Part shown: in pieces, positions 38,930 to 51,636 of the stretch
Layout: the number at the start of each line of letters is the position of its first letter
Numbering within the stretch: the first letter of the stretch is position 1
Assembly: GCA_951406725.2 (NCBI GenBank)
Contig: OX597815.1
Coordinates: forward strand, 108,128,001 to 108,192,000
Origin: Octopus vulgaris
Lineage: Eukaryota
DNA: 64,000 bases
Direction: 5' to 3'
Made by a program: the position numbers and the translations under genes
The notes under the pieces: generated by a model
Databases searched by the model: none
Seen by the model: only the letters and a program-made list of their open reading frames with translations
What the model was told of the DNA's origin: nothing

Positions 38930-40590
38930 ACAATATTGCAAAGGCATATTCCAAAGGGATAGCCTCTCTGTGATGTTGTTTATACTTTCTGTAAACCCCT
39001 TGTCATTCATATTAAGGGAGTCTGAAGGATATCTCTGTTTCTTTGTGGATGACTTGTAACTTTATGCAATGAATATGCATGAGATGTAAAAGAGCCTTGA
39101 CCTAGTTACCACATTCTCAAAGGATGTAGGGTTGGAGTCTGATCTGGATAAATGTTGTTATATGGTTGTGGAAAGAATAAAACTGTAAACCAAACCAGCA
39201 GCATCTCCATCAGTGACATGACTCTTTCTCATATATCTAACAAGGAATGTTGCAGGTATCTAGGGATGGATGAAAACATAGTTTACAATGGCATCTGTAA
39301 CAAAACACATATGAATAAAGAATATTACAGTTGAATAAAGAAAATTTAGACCTCAGAAATCTCTGCATTCAATAAAACAGTGGCCCACAATGTGTTTGCA
39401 GTGCTAGTGCTCATATTTACATTTGGGCTGCTTGATTGGATGCTTGATGAAATCCAAGCCATTGATGTGAAAACCAGGAAAAATCTAACAAGCACACATA
39501 ATTTCCAGATAAACAGTGATGCAGACCGGTTCTACCTAAAATGAAAACAAGGTGGAAGAGGCTTAATATTGATCCAAAATGCTTTTGAACATTGTATCAC
39601 ATCTCTTTGGCAACATCTTTTAACCACCAAGTGTTGAAGTGCATCCCTTGACCTAGTTTGCATACATGAGGCTGATAACATCATAAGGTTTGGAAGGTAG
39701 CTCCTTGAGCAACATTCCTTGTTTGATAACTTTAAATATATGCCCAAAGAAGTTGCATGAATCTACCACAATGTATCATCAGATGAGAGGATGAGCATGC
39801 ATGAGCAGAAGACTATGCATGGATATGTCTGTAGAAAACTCCGTAATGATAATAACATTGATCATCAAAGCAGTCCATCATGGACCAACAACTGGATTAC
39901 TACCTCCCACTTTGATGGATATGCATTTGCAATTCAGGAACAGAAAATATCAACCAAATACCTGATGCACAAAAGGAATAGAGATGCAGGGAAAGCAGTA
40001 AAATGTGACAATCAATGCAGACTTTGTAGAGTTCACACTGAAGATAGTAGTTGTCCGAAAATGTCATCATGATATTATTTACCTATGAGATATGTTGTCG
40101 CTAGGATACTCTATCATGAAATCTGTTGGAAGGATAACCCAGAGGACAAAGAAATAAGAATTCACAGTATGATAGAAGCCATAGCCATTCATATTAAAAA
40201 GGAATACTGGTGGAATGTCACATTGAAAACCTCAAAAAATGTAAGCACAATGGACCTGATATAATGATTTGGGATAGAGAAGAGAAACTGTGTACAGTTG
40301 TGGAAATTAGCTGCACAGTGGATGTTAGTATAAAGCTGAAGTTCAGTGAAAAAGAGAATACCTGTGCTGAACTATTGAAAAATCTGCAGTTACTCTATCT
40401 AGATTACAAGTTCAGGTTTATACTTTTAATTATTGGGACCTTGAGATATGTAACACTGCCTAAATATGAATCTTGAGAAATTAAGCTTCTCAAAACCAGA
40501 AAGGAGAAAGCTAATTTGAAGACTGCAGATCCAATCCATCACTGGAACTGTAAAAGTCTGTAAAACTTTCCAGAAGCTTATCCTTTAAAT
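38930..40590 (+). mobile_element. 5'-truncated, decayed R4/Dong-type LINE (RT, zinc knuckle, restriction-like endonuclease)
   Basis: KGIFQRDSLS.MLFILSVNPLS, FVDDL, RYLG, GGRGL, AIQEQ, CRLC, HNGPDIMIWD...VVEISC...KEN; flanked by (TACA)n tracts. Confidence 0.88.
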
Positions 40591-40683
40591 ATATATTAGC
40601 CTGTCTAGATATGCAACTACATGCTTGAGAATACATACATAAAGCAAAACATACAAATCTGCACATATACATACATACATACA

Positions 40684-40714
<31 letters not shown>

Positions 40715-40750
40715 GTATATGCTTATCAATTTATACATGCACACACATCG

Positions 40751-40833
<83 letters not shown>

Positions 40834-42105
40834 TGTGTGTGTATGTCTATCTGAATGAATGAGAAAAGAACAGAAGTCATGTAATTACTTTCATTGACTT
40901 ACAGTTATAAGCCAATGAAAGTGAATGCATAACTCTTGTTCTGTTGTCATTCATTCATTTATTGATGTTACACTCTTTCCTGTCTTGATGGTTTACTATA
41001 AAATATAAGTATGTTGTGTGCTGACCAGTTGTTAGTACACAATTAATATTAACATAGCTCCTCATAAAACTAGAATAGAAACAAAGTAATTTGTACATTA
41101 TATACTCATCATCCACTCCATTTAATATCCATGTTGCAGGCTGGCATGGAACATGGATATTAAATGATGATGATGACATTGATGTGTAAATTGGGAAAGG
41201 ACTCTAAGATGAACCAAATTTTTCAAATTCATCCTCTTATAAAAGGCAAAATATAACCTAAATCAATGAAAAAATACCAGCATTGGCCAAACTCCACACA
41301 GTAAGAACAGGACCAACAGTAAAAGAAATGCAGAAGATAAAACTGCTGTATATATTTAAATCTGTCAGATGGGTTTTGAAGAAGGGCAATTTCACAAAAT
41401 AAAAAATATCTTTACCTGCACATATGAAAATGTAATTTATGCAAGACCATCACAAGATGTGAAGAAAACTACATAGGGCCCACCCATATATCCTTAAGAC
41501 AACGCATAGCTCTGTATAGATCACTAATTTGAATACTGGAGTATAGACTAATAGGAATCATTGAACATATAGACATATATCCTAGCAACAAACAGCAAAC
41601 ACTTTTTGATGATCTTTCCTTATATCAATTCACTGATGGCACATTGTAACTGCAACACATTATGAGAGCAACAACATTCATAAAGAAATACTGACAACTA
41701 CTTAACCACTGTACGAGAAAAAAGATTACAACTGTTACAGCTACATCAGGTACTGCTGCTACCACTGCAACTACCACATCTACTACAGCATCTGCTGCTA
41801 TTATAACCACTACTTCCACTAATGATATTGAAGGGGAGGAGCAAACCACTCCCACTACATTTACAGCTTCTACAATTTCCATCACTACTACTACAACTAC
41901 TGTTCACGAATGTTACTACAACTTCTACTAGTGAAGCTGATACAGCTACTGCTTCTATGACTACTGCCATTGCTGTTACTTCAACATCCACCACCACCAC
42001 CACCATCACCAACATATCATATGATTCCTCATGCTATTTCAAAACCCCACCTTAATATCAACATTGCAACAAGGGACAAGAGAAAACTGCTACTGCTAAA
42101 AATGT

Positions 42106-42140
<35 letters not shown>

Positions 42141-42435
42141 ACGATTATGACCCAGTAGCATTCAGAAGGATACCAACAATTTCTACCTTGTAAATTTTGT
42201 AATGTGAACTTTAAAAATTGGAATTGTGAAAGATTAATTCAATTCATTTTCCTTTTTCATATGGCATGACTAAATTGTCTAAAATGATTGAAACTAGTAG
42301 CATATTTAGATAAAAATGTAAAAACTTTTTGCCTTGTATTCATGATAAAGTTTACAAAGCATTTTCTGCTTTTGTTTAGCATGTGTGTGTATACAGTATA
42401 TATATATACATATATATAAATAAATATGCATATAT

Positions 42436-42551
<116 letters not shown>

Positions 42552-42579
42552 ATACAAACACACATTGTATTTTGGGATG

Positions 42580-43350
42580 ATATGACCATAAATGATAGCC
42601 AGGGCGATATCACTACTGGATCATTGTACCACATCAAGAACATCAGCAACAGTGTTAACAACAGCATCCCCAGGCCCGAACCCTACCAGAGATATACCAT
42701 GAGTGCAAATATAGCCACATCCCAAGTTTGTAAATATATTGGATTGGCCAGTACATGTTTCAAATGTTACTTCTGCAACCACCAGTCATCCTTTTGAGTC
42801 CCAGAAAGATGTTTTATCATGTCCCTGGCCAGCAATGTGTGGCGCCTCAAAGATCAAGGGATCCTATGTGGTATCAGGTGGAAAAATAATAGATCATCTA
42901 GGCCCATATATTAATGGGAGTGGCTGTCGCAAAATCTGCATCATGGAGAGAACCAAAATTTGAAGGATTATGCTAAATTTGGCGTGTTTTCTCTAAATGT
43001 GTCCATTTCAAGCACTACCTTTTAGAAAATTGGATCTCCCTGTTTGCTGGTTTGGCTATTTCGGGTCTGTAAGGGTTTATTTATCCCCTGGTCTATGGGA
43101 GATGACCCATCCTTATTAATGTTTTTATATGTTAGCTGTTAAATTTTGATATCTCAGTGTTTCCTCACATCTGCATGATAGAAAAGTTTAATTTTTTTTG
43201 TCCTTGTATAGAATCTGATGAGTTGTCCACATGGCTGTAGCTTTCGTGGATATAAGATCTTTGGTAACTCTATGAACAGATTTTAACTGTTTTAATAGTT
43301 ACTTCTCCATTTTTTAGAGTGTGCTTCTTTCCTGATATATGTTTTAATGG
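42580..43350 (+). mobile_element. Penelope-like GIY-YIG remnant
   Basis: [21 protein letters not shown] ... SLASNVWRLKDQG ... KIIDHLGPYINGSGCRKICIMER across frameshifts; CTGATGA at about 43215. Confidence 0.72.
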
Positions 43351-45417
43351 CTATATATAGATATGTGTGTGTATGTGTAAAATGAATTGAAAATTTAGAT
43401 AAATAGTTTTAATTAGACTAATGCATATGAACACTCATGTACATTCACATGCAGACACACACACACAAACACACATCCAATATTATTGTAGCAAAGTAGC
43501 ATATATGTTTTTTTGGTATTGGCAGGTAGGAATGTTCATGTGAAAAAGCATTATCTTTTGAAACTAAACATGTAAACTATTTCTTAAAGCAATAACATTG
43601 TATATTAAAACTTAAGACAATTCAAGTTATTTTTGTCTTCAGAAATATTAATGCAATTTACATTATCTAAAGTAATTATGCTGCCAGCTATATGAATAGT
43701 GCATAATAGTTTACCAGCACAAATTTCAATCAGTTTGCCAAATTGTCAAGATTAAACTCTCTTCACTTGGAAAATATGCTACAGACTGAGTCTTTCTCTC
43801 TCTCTTCTTTATTCCTGATTTATTCAAAATTTCTATGTTTCACTGTACTACAACGGTTTTTCTTTCTGCTGTAATGCCTAAAAGGGATGAAAACCTTCCA
43901 TTCTTCACATTGAAAGGTAATGGCCAGTTAGCCTATACTAATTTTAGAAAGATACTTTTGCAAACTGTTTCATCTATGGTAGAAGTCTGGAAATGAAATT
44001 TCACACAAAGGCAAAATATTACCTTCATTCTTCTGCTGAACTTTCAACAATGTGCAAGCCAGAAACAGGAGCAATGGTCATATTGGGATAATAAGGGCAA
44101 CAATATCATCCTCATTGTTATTGTTATAAAATCCACTTTTCCATTCTTCCATGGGTCAGGTCGAATTTATTGAGACAGATTTTCTATGGTTGGATGCCTT
44201 TCCTGTTGCCAACGTTTACCTGCTTCAAGTAAGGTTATATTTTTATATCATTGGATGAATAAATTACAGAAAGCCATTTTGTCTGACACTCCAATGGTCT
44301 ACCCTCTCACATTTAATATTAATTGTAAGTCTATTAATTAAAAGAAACAGCATTAATCTTATCATCTTCTGGTAATAATTTAAGACCCTTGTATGTCCTG
44401 ACTTATACATATTCAGATGACACAATCTACTTTTTGAAACATCTTGCAGAAAACTAAAAATTTTGTTTCTGTGGCACATATGAGCAAATAACCTAAAAAA
44501 ACAAAAAAACAAGGGAAATTGAAAGTATGAACATTGGTACAAGAATTATTGTTTTCTAAAAACTGAAATCCTTTTCTCAAGAAATATGAAGCAAAAATAT
44601 TTCTGGTCTTTATAAGACAATTTGATTTTTACTGTGGTAGTTTTGTTCATGGTTTAGATTTATAATTTGATATCTTTCTATATTAAAGTAACTTTCACCA
44701 GAAGACAATATAAAAAGCTTTACTATCTTGTTACTGTATATTTTGAAAACTTAAAAGAGAGTTTGAGAAACAATCTCCAGTAATTCAGAGAGTTTTTAAA
44801 AATTCAGACCTGCTGTTTATGTTTAAATAGCATGAGATTCCACTTAGCTTTATTTTTTAGCACCTGATAATGGACAAACATAAGAAATCTTATTTTGTAA
44901 ATGAAGGGATCATTTTACAGATTTAGTTGGCTCTTAAATCAATGAACTCTAGTGATGAATGGAAGTTTGTAAAGCTTACTTTCAATGATAATAAGGAACA
45001 AAGAAACATCATATATCTAAGCAGTTACATGATGCTTCTCCATTTTTGCTTTAATGTAAATTCAGGATATTTCTATAATGGAAAAGACATCTCCAGTTTT
45101 GTAGAGCAATTCTCTTCAAGGTTACCTGATGGGCAAGAAATAGCAGCCAGATCTACTCCTAAAGCACACATTACCATTTAATAGGAGTATAGAGTTTTGG
45201 GTGTATTATGTTTGAATAAAAGAGGAAGTGGTCGTAGCAAAAAGCTTTTGATTGGGGGTATACCCAGATAGGATTGACTGACACTATACAACAAAAACAA
45301 GTTTCTTCCTCAATTCAAATTTCAAAATATCTTTACTGTGGGAAAAAAAGTTTGGGTAGTTTTTCTGTAGTGAAGTATCAAAGGAAAGTAAACATCACAC
45401 ACACACACAAACACACG

Positions 45418-45448
<31 letters not shown>

Positions 45449-45589
45449 TTTACTTAGTAACTGTGAGTCCTACTAGTTTCTCCTTTTTGTCAACAAAAAT
45501 ATGTCACAATCTGTCATTCATTCAGTGTTGTCTTGTCAATGTAACTGACTATATACAAAGAAAATAGCTATGAAGAAGGAGCTTCACCT

Positions 45590-45982
45590 TGATGATGTGT
45601 ACTTCAAGATCTCTTCAGTGTGAATACTTGCCTATAGAGGATTCATGGGCATATTCCTATTGGCAGACAGAACTCCATTTATGGATGTTTAAACTCTAAA
45701 AGCAACCAACAAGGGGGATAATTCTAATAAAATTAATTGATTAAAATGTTTGTGTTTTGTAAACAATGCAGATTGTGGTGAATATAGTCTTTTAAAAACC
45801 AACTGACGAGAGTGAAAACAAACATGTTTTAGTCTTGGTCTTCCTCACTGAAGTCTGTTTTCCTCAATGACAAGACTATGAGGGACCAATTCAGCTATTT
45901 ATATATAGAGGGAATATACTTACATTGACTATGTATATCAACAATATGATTGAGGGAAAACACATTAGGGAAGCATCTTGAA

Positions 45983-46022
<40 letters not shown>

Positions 46023-46414
46023 TTCAAGATGCTTCCCTAATGTGTTTTCCTCAATCATATTGTTGATATACATAGTCAATGTAAGTATATTCCCTCTATA
46101 TATAAATAGCTGAATTGGTCCCTCATAGTCTTGTCATTGAGGAAAACAGACTTCAGTGAGGAAGACCAAGACTAAAACATGTTTGTTTTCACTCTCGTCA
46201 GTTGGTTTTTAAAAGACTATATTCACCACAATCTGCATTGTTTACAAAACACAAACATTTTAATCAATTAATTTTATTAGAATTATCCCCCTTGTTGGTT
46301 GCTTTTAGAGTTTAAACATCCATAAATGGAGTTCTGTCTGCCAATAGGAATATGCCCATGAATCCTCTATAGGCAAGTATTCACACTGAAGAGATCTTGA
46401 AGTACACATCATCA
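45590..46414. repeat. Near-perfect 825-bp palindrome centred on (TA)n
   Basis: Arms of about 395 bp are reverse complements; I see only one 1-bp indel (TGAGGGAAAA versus TGAGGAAAA). Confidence 0.97.
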
Positions 46415-47746
46415 TATATATATATACATATATGTGTGTGTGTGTTAGGGGAATACATATGTAATATAACGAGTTGAAAATCTGTGGTCAAATGAGGTTA
46501 TTCAAGTAACTAATTGATAAAAACTACTCCTTGTAGTGACTAAAATAAAATCTAAAACAACAAGTAAGAAAGATAACTGCACTAAGGTCAGTTGCCTAAA
46601 ATTTTCAGTAGTGTCCATTTGTTGATGTTCTTGTTTAAGTCCAGAACAGTCCTGTTTCAGAAGACCAATAATCAATGGTTTTCCAAATGTGACCATACCA
46701 TCAGATTCTTAGACATAGTGTATGTATAGCAAATACAGGACAACATTATCAAATGAGTCCCACTGATTTACTGATTTTAAAATGATTAGCTCAATGGCCA
46801 TTTTTGTCTCAGATGAATTGAGAGAGTAGAATAAGAACGTTCTGTCTTCTTCCAAAATGCCTTGCAAACAAATAAGATTGATTGTGATCTTATGATCTCC
46901 CATTTACCAAGCATTACTGATAGTGTGAACACCAGAATTTTCTGCCACTGATGCTGTCTGTCCTGAAAAGAATTAATCAATTTAGACCTTGTCATTCATC
47001 TGTGAGAAAGTCTAAGGAGAAAAGTGTTATGACAACACAGATTCAAAACATTAGATTCTACACTCTTTATGGTATATGAATTTATGAAACTTTCTTCTAG
47101 ATCTCTTCTATGACTGATAAAACTTCAAATGCACACACAGACAGTTTTGATCCGAGAAACTTCTGATAGCTGTATATTGTTTGCTGCACTGCACCGACTG
47201 TTTTTGAATACTGATTGCAACAAATGATTAATTTTTCTTTTTTTAAAAAAAGGAAAAAAAATCTATAGAGATTATATTATGGAAAATTAGTTTTAATTTC
47301 AAAATATAAATGAAATATTTAATTAATTTGTGCACAATTAATTTTGTAATTAATTATGAAATACTTGCAAATATAGTAGTTCAATATTTCTGTAAGAAAT
47401 TAGATATAGATAAAAAGCATAAATATTTTATAGTTGTTTTATAGACACAAACTTATATACTTACACAAACACAAGCTCTCTCTTGCTCTGTGTGTGTCTC
47501 TCTCTCACACACACATACACACTCAATGACTATACATATATATGTGTGTGAGTATGCATGTTTGTGTGTGTGTGTATGTGTGCGCACGCACATGTAAACA
47601 CACACACTTACACATAATCTTAGAATGAAGCAAATAATGACATGTCATCAGCTTAATTGAGATCCACAATTATAATGTAGGGGAGACTTTAATAAGTGGA
47701 TGTTTTTCAACATCATATTTCAGTATCTCTAATCAACCATCTAATT

Positions 47747-48004
47747 CAGTGGTTCTCAGCCATTCCGTTACCTAAGGACCCCCTTCATTCCTATTTTGCT
47801 TGGTTGGACCCTCATAACCATTTGATGTTTTAAAAAATCCTATTAAATTCTTACAATTAGATATTATTAAGATTTTTAAAAATAAAAATCAGCGGAATAT
47901 TTTGTGTATTGTAGAAGCATAACCAGTTTATTGTACATAAATTTTAGTATCAAAATCTTATATGGACCCCCAAGGGTCATATGGACCCTGATTGATAACC
48001 ACTG
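47747..48004. mobile_element. hAT-type MITE
   Basis: TIRs CAGTGGTTCTCA and TGATAACCACTG; 8-bp TSD ATCTAATT/ATCTAGTT. Confidence 0.85.
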
Positions 48005-48870
48005 ATCTAGTTGACCAGGAAGGGAGAAAAATGGGCATATCTGACATAAGTGACAGTATATTTCAATGAAATAATTTTCCTCCCTGACCTTGGTGCAAGC
48101 GTACTTGTAGGGGTGGCAAACCATCCAATTTATAAATTTTATAACATTTTTAACCCACAGAATCAGAATTAGCAGGAAATTCAGTGTAAATGATATTTGC
48201 CATTGCTTGGGGGCATGGTTTTTGCTCTAGGGTTGAAGGTTATAAACAATTGGCTTTTACATTATTTGCCTGGACAGATCAATATTAGTTTGGTATAGTT
48301 TAGTGATTACATATTTTGAAACAAACAAGGAGATTCACTGTGCAAAATTTGGTGGCATTGTTATTTAGACCTGATACAACTGTGGTTACCTTTTCCCCAT
48401 ACAATCCTGTTTTGGAAAATGTTAATATGATAACATATTGAGGAAGTGTTTGAGTGATTTTGTGTTACCAATTTCGAAAAAGACCAGAGTGGTACTTCAA
48501 AAATTTGACTGGAAAACAAGCTTCACTGGGATACTCATATTTTAGCTTTCTGATCAAAATGTTGATCTCTTCAAGTCTTGGGAAACTTCAATCAACATGC
48601 AGAAAATACTTTTACCAAGAAAATGTTTCATTGAGTGTCTGGATAGATTTCTGTTGAGCATGTTTTCAAACTATTATTCTCTCAAGTGAGAAACACAAGC
48701 TTCAAGGCTAATGATAAAATAAACACCAAAGTTGCAAATAACATTGTCCATGATTTGCTTACCATTTGTCAGATGATGCAGGATGAGAGAATTTACAACT
48801 ATCTTCAGTTGCTGATGTCTACTTCATAGTGGAGCCAAGATGTTCTTTCAATATAGTAGAGGTAATAATA

Positions 48871-49085
48871 AGGCGGTGAGCTGGCAGAAACGTTAGTATG
48901 CCAGGCGAAATGCTTAGCAGTATTTTGTCTGTCTTTATGTTCTGAGTTCAAATTCCACCAAGACTGACTTTGTCTTTCATCTTTTCGGGGTCGATAAATT
49001 AAGTACCATTGCATACTGAGGTTGGTCTAATCAACTGGACCCTTTCCCCAAAATTTCAGGCCTTGTGCTTAAAGTAGAAAAGAAT
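48871..49085 (+). mobile_element. SINE family 2 (Nin/Deu-domain-like), full length
   Basis: GGCGGTGAGCTGGCAGAA head, GAGTTCAAATTCC B box, TTTCATC.TTTCGGGGTCGATAAATTAAGTACCA body. Confidence 0.82.
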
Positions 49086-49666
49086 TTTGTCCTTTTATTT
49101 GTTTCAACATTAGTAAGTGGTTCTGGAGGTTAATTTTTCAAACAACAATAAACAGGTTTGTTTTTCAGAGATGTTAATTTTTCAGAAGTGCTGACAACTA
49201 ATTGAATGGATCTGACCAGATTCTCAGTTCTTCTTTGCTGAAGCCAAGATGTTCTTTCAATATAGGTTGGACATCATCACATTAATAATGTCAGTATAGA
49301 GTTGCTATCATTGGTGAGACATGTGTTGAGATGTGTGAAGCAAACTGTACATTTCAATGAAGGAAGTTTCTTGTATTTTAGTTGTTTTTTATGGGGTTGG
49401 AACACCTTGGCTGAGTTTTGTGGGAGTTAACCTTCATCAAATTAAAATTTTTGCCCAAATTAAAGCAGGATCTGCATTAAATTGGTTTCCAGTCTTTCTT
49501 CATCCTCTTAATAGGCTTGACTATCTTAGAGGGAGGATGTACAATGGAAACTAGAATGACGTTGGTTTGGTTTTTGGTCCTTCCATTTTGTAGTAACAGA
49601 CATAATTGGTGATCTGAATAGTGGAATCTAGTGTAGTGATTTGTCTGATGTTGAGAAGTAACATAC

Positions 49667-49753
49667 CATTGCAGTGTCAGCAATCTTGTGTGAAATTGTT
49701 CCCACTTTGGTATTCTCATCACTGTCAATGAACAGCATGTCACTTTGGGGGTT
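49667..49753 (-). CDS. Candidate 87-nt internal exon (NPQSDMLFIDSDENTKVGTISHKIADTAM)
   Basis: Acceptor GCTTTCGCTTCTTGTTAG, donor ATG|GTATGT, open phase-0 frame in unique sequence; no homology recognised. Confidence 0.3.
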
Positions 49754-50550
49754 CTAACAAGAAGCGAAAGCTTCTTATATTCAATCATTCTTTAGAAGTG
49801 ACACATCAAAACATTCTAAGCAAATTGTTTATATGATAGAAGTCAAAGTAGATAAAGCTATGAATTATAGCATGTAGAATATAAGGTTAAAAGAAGTCTT
49901 TGGATGAAAAAAAGTCAAAGGCTGTCCATCCAAGGTTGTTTTAAACCCAATATCATGTTTGCTATTATTTATAGTTTTATCTACTTTGATTTCTATCACC
50001 ATTTCATAACAAGCAAAATTAAAAAAAAAAAAAATTTTAAGATTTAGGTAAACATTTGGTAGTTAGTCTTGAATCAAAGATGGTTCAAAAGAACCTTTTG
50101 CTCATTCTGATAATGTACACAGATAAGGAATACAGCACAAAGATACAAGTTATCAACAGTTTCTTGCTTGAGAAATGGGTCTGGGCATGTTTTTATAACA
50201 CATCTTGTGTCTCTAAGCTATGTTTAGGCTCTGAGCATATGGTCTAATTTGTTTGTGTTTGTCTCCAACCACTGCTTCACAACCAGTGTTGTTGTGTTTA
50301 GGTACCCATAAGTGAGTGGTTTGGCAAAAGCGGCTGATAGAGTAACTATCAGGCTTAAAAGACAGAAAATAAGTTATGGGGTAGATTTATTTGACTAATA
50401 TTCTTCAAAGTGGTGCCCCAGCATGGCGACAATCTGAAGACTGAAGCAATTAAAAGACAAACTGCCAAATACACATACACTCACCTATCTATCTGTCTGT
50501 CTCTCTCTTTCTCTCTCTCTCCCTTTCTCTCTCTCTCTATATATATATAT

Positions 50551-51636
50551 AACGAGTACAGTGAAGAATTCCGGGTAGAGGTTGGGGTCCACCAAGGTTC
50601 AGTCCTCAGTCCCCTCCTATTTATCATAGTCCTCCAGGCAATAACGGAGGAATTCAAGACAGGTTGCCCCTGGGAGCTCCTCTATGCTGACGACCTTGCT
50701 CTAATTGCTGAGTCACTATCAGAACTGGAGGAGAAGTTTCAGGTGTGGAAACAAGGATTAGAATCGAAGGGCCTTAGAATCAACCTAGCCAAAACCAAAG
50801 TCCTAATAAGTAGGAAGGTAGATCAATCACAAACGCCTTCAGGTAGATGGCCCTGCTCGATCTGTAAAAAAGGTGTAGGTAGAAACTCTATAAGATGCAC
50901 CAAGTGTAAGCTATGGACACATAAGAGGTGCAGCAATGTCAAAGGAAGGCTAACTAGGAAAATAGTTTTTGTCTGTGGCAAATGCTCAGGAGCAATAAAC
51001 ACTGGAAATGTGCAGAGACCAACTTCTGCCACGTTCCAGGGAGACAAACTAGAAGTAGTTGATAGCTTCCGCTACCTAGGAGACCAAGTCAGTAGCGGGG
51101 GTGGGTGTGCTGAAAGTGTAACTGCTAGAGTAAGAATAGCCTGGGCAAAGTTTAGAGAGCTCTTACCCCTGCTGGTGACAAAAGGCCTCTCGCTCAGAGT
51201 AAAAGGCAGACTGTATGATGCATGTGTACGTACAGCCATGCTACATGGTAGTGAAACATGGGCCGTGACTGCTGAGGATATGCGTAAGCTCGCAAGAAAT
51301 GAAGCCAGTATGCTCCGATGGATGTGTAATGTCAGTGTTCATAATCGTCAGAGTGTAAGTTCCTTGAGAGAAAAGTTGAACCTAAGAAGCGTCAGTTGTG
51401 GTGTGCAAGAGAGACGGCTGCGCTGGTATGGTCATGTGACGAGAAAGGCTGAAGATAGTTGTGTGCAAAAGTGCTACACCCTAGCAGTTGAGGGAACCTG
51501 TGGAAGAGGTAGACCCAGGAAAACCTGGGACGAGGTGGTGAAGCACGACCTTCGAACTTTAGGTCTCACTAAGGAAATGTCTAGAGACCGAGACCTATGG
51601 AAGTATGCTGTGCGTGAGAAGACCCGGCAAGACTAG
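50551..51636 (+). pseudogene. C-terminal half of a non-LTR reverse transcriptase (open frame, no true start)
   Basis: GVHQGSVLSPLLF, LYADDL, INLAKTK, FRYLG, LHGSETW, RLRWYGHV, RGRPRKTW. Confidence 0.95.

Noticed and set aside
43210-43290. Hammerhead at CTGATGAGTTGTCCAC...GTGGA
   Set aside because: No GAAA box after the stem; at most a decayed relic.
44264-44495. Strong minus-strand acceptor followed by an ORF (similar weak cases near 37176, 46960, 56770 and 59430)
   Set aside because: No convincing acceptor-donor pair with a recognisable peptide; cannot be supported without transcripts.
50410-50550. N-terminal part of the 408-aa ORF
   Set aside because: It is SINE tail and (CT)n/(TA)n read-through; RT similarity starts near 50551.
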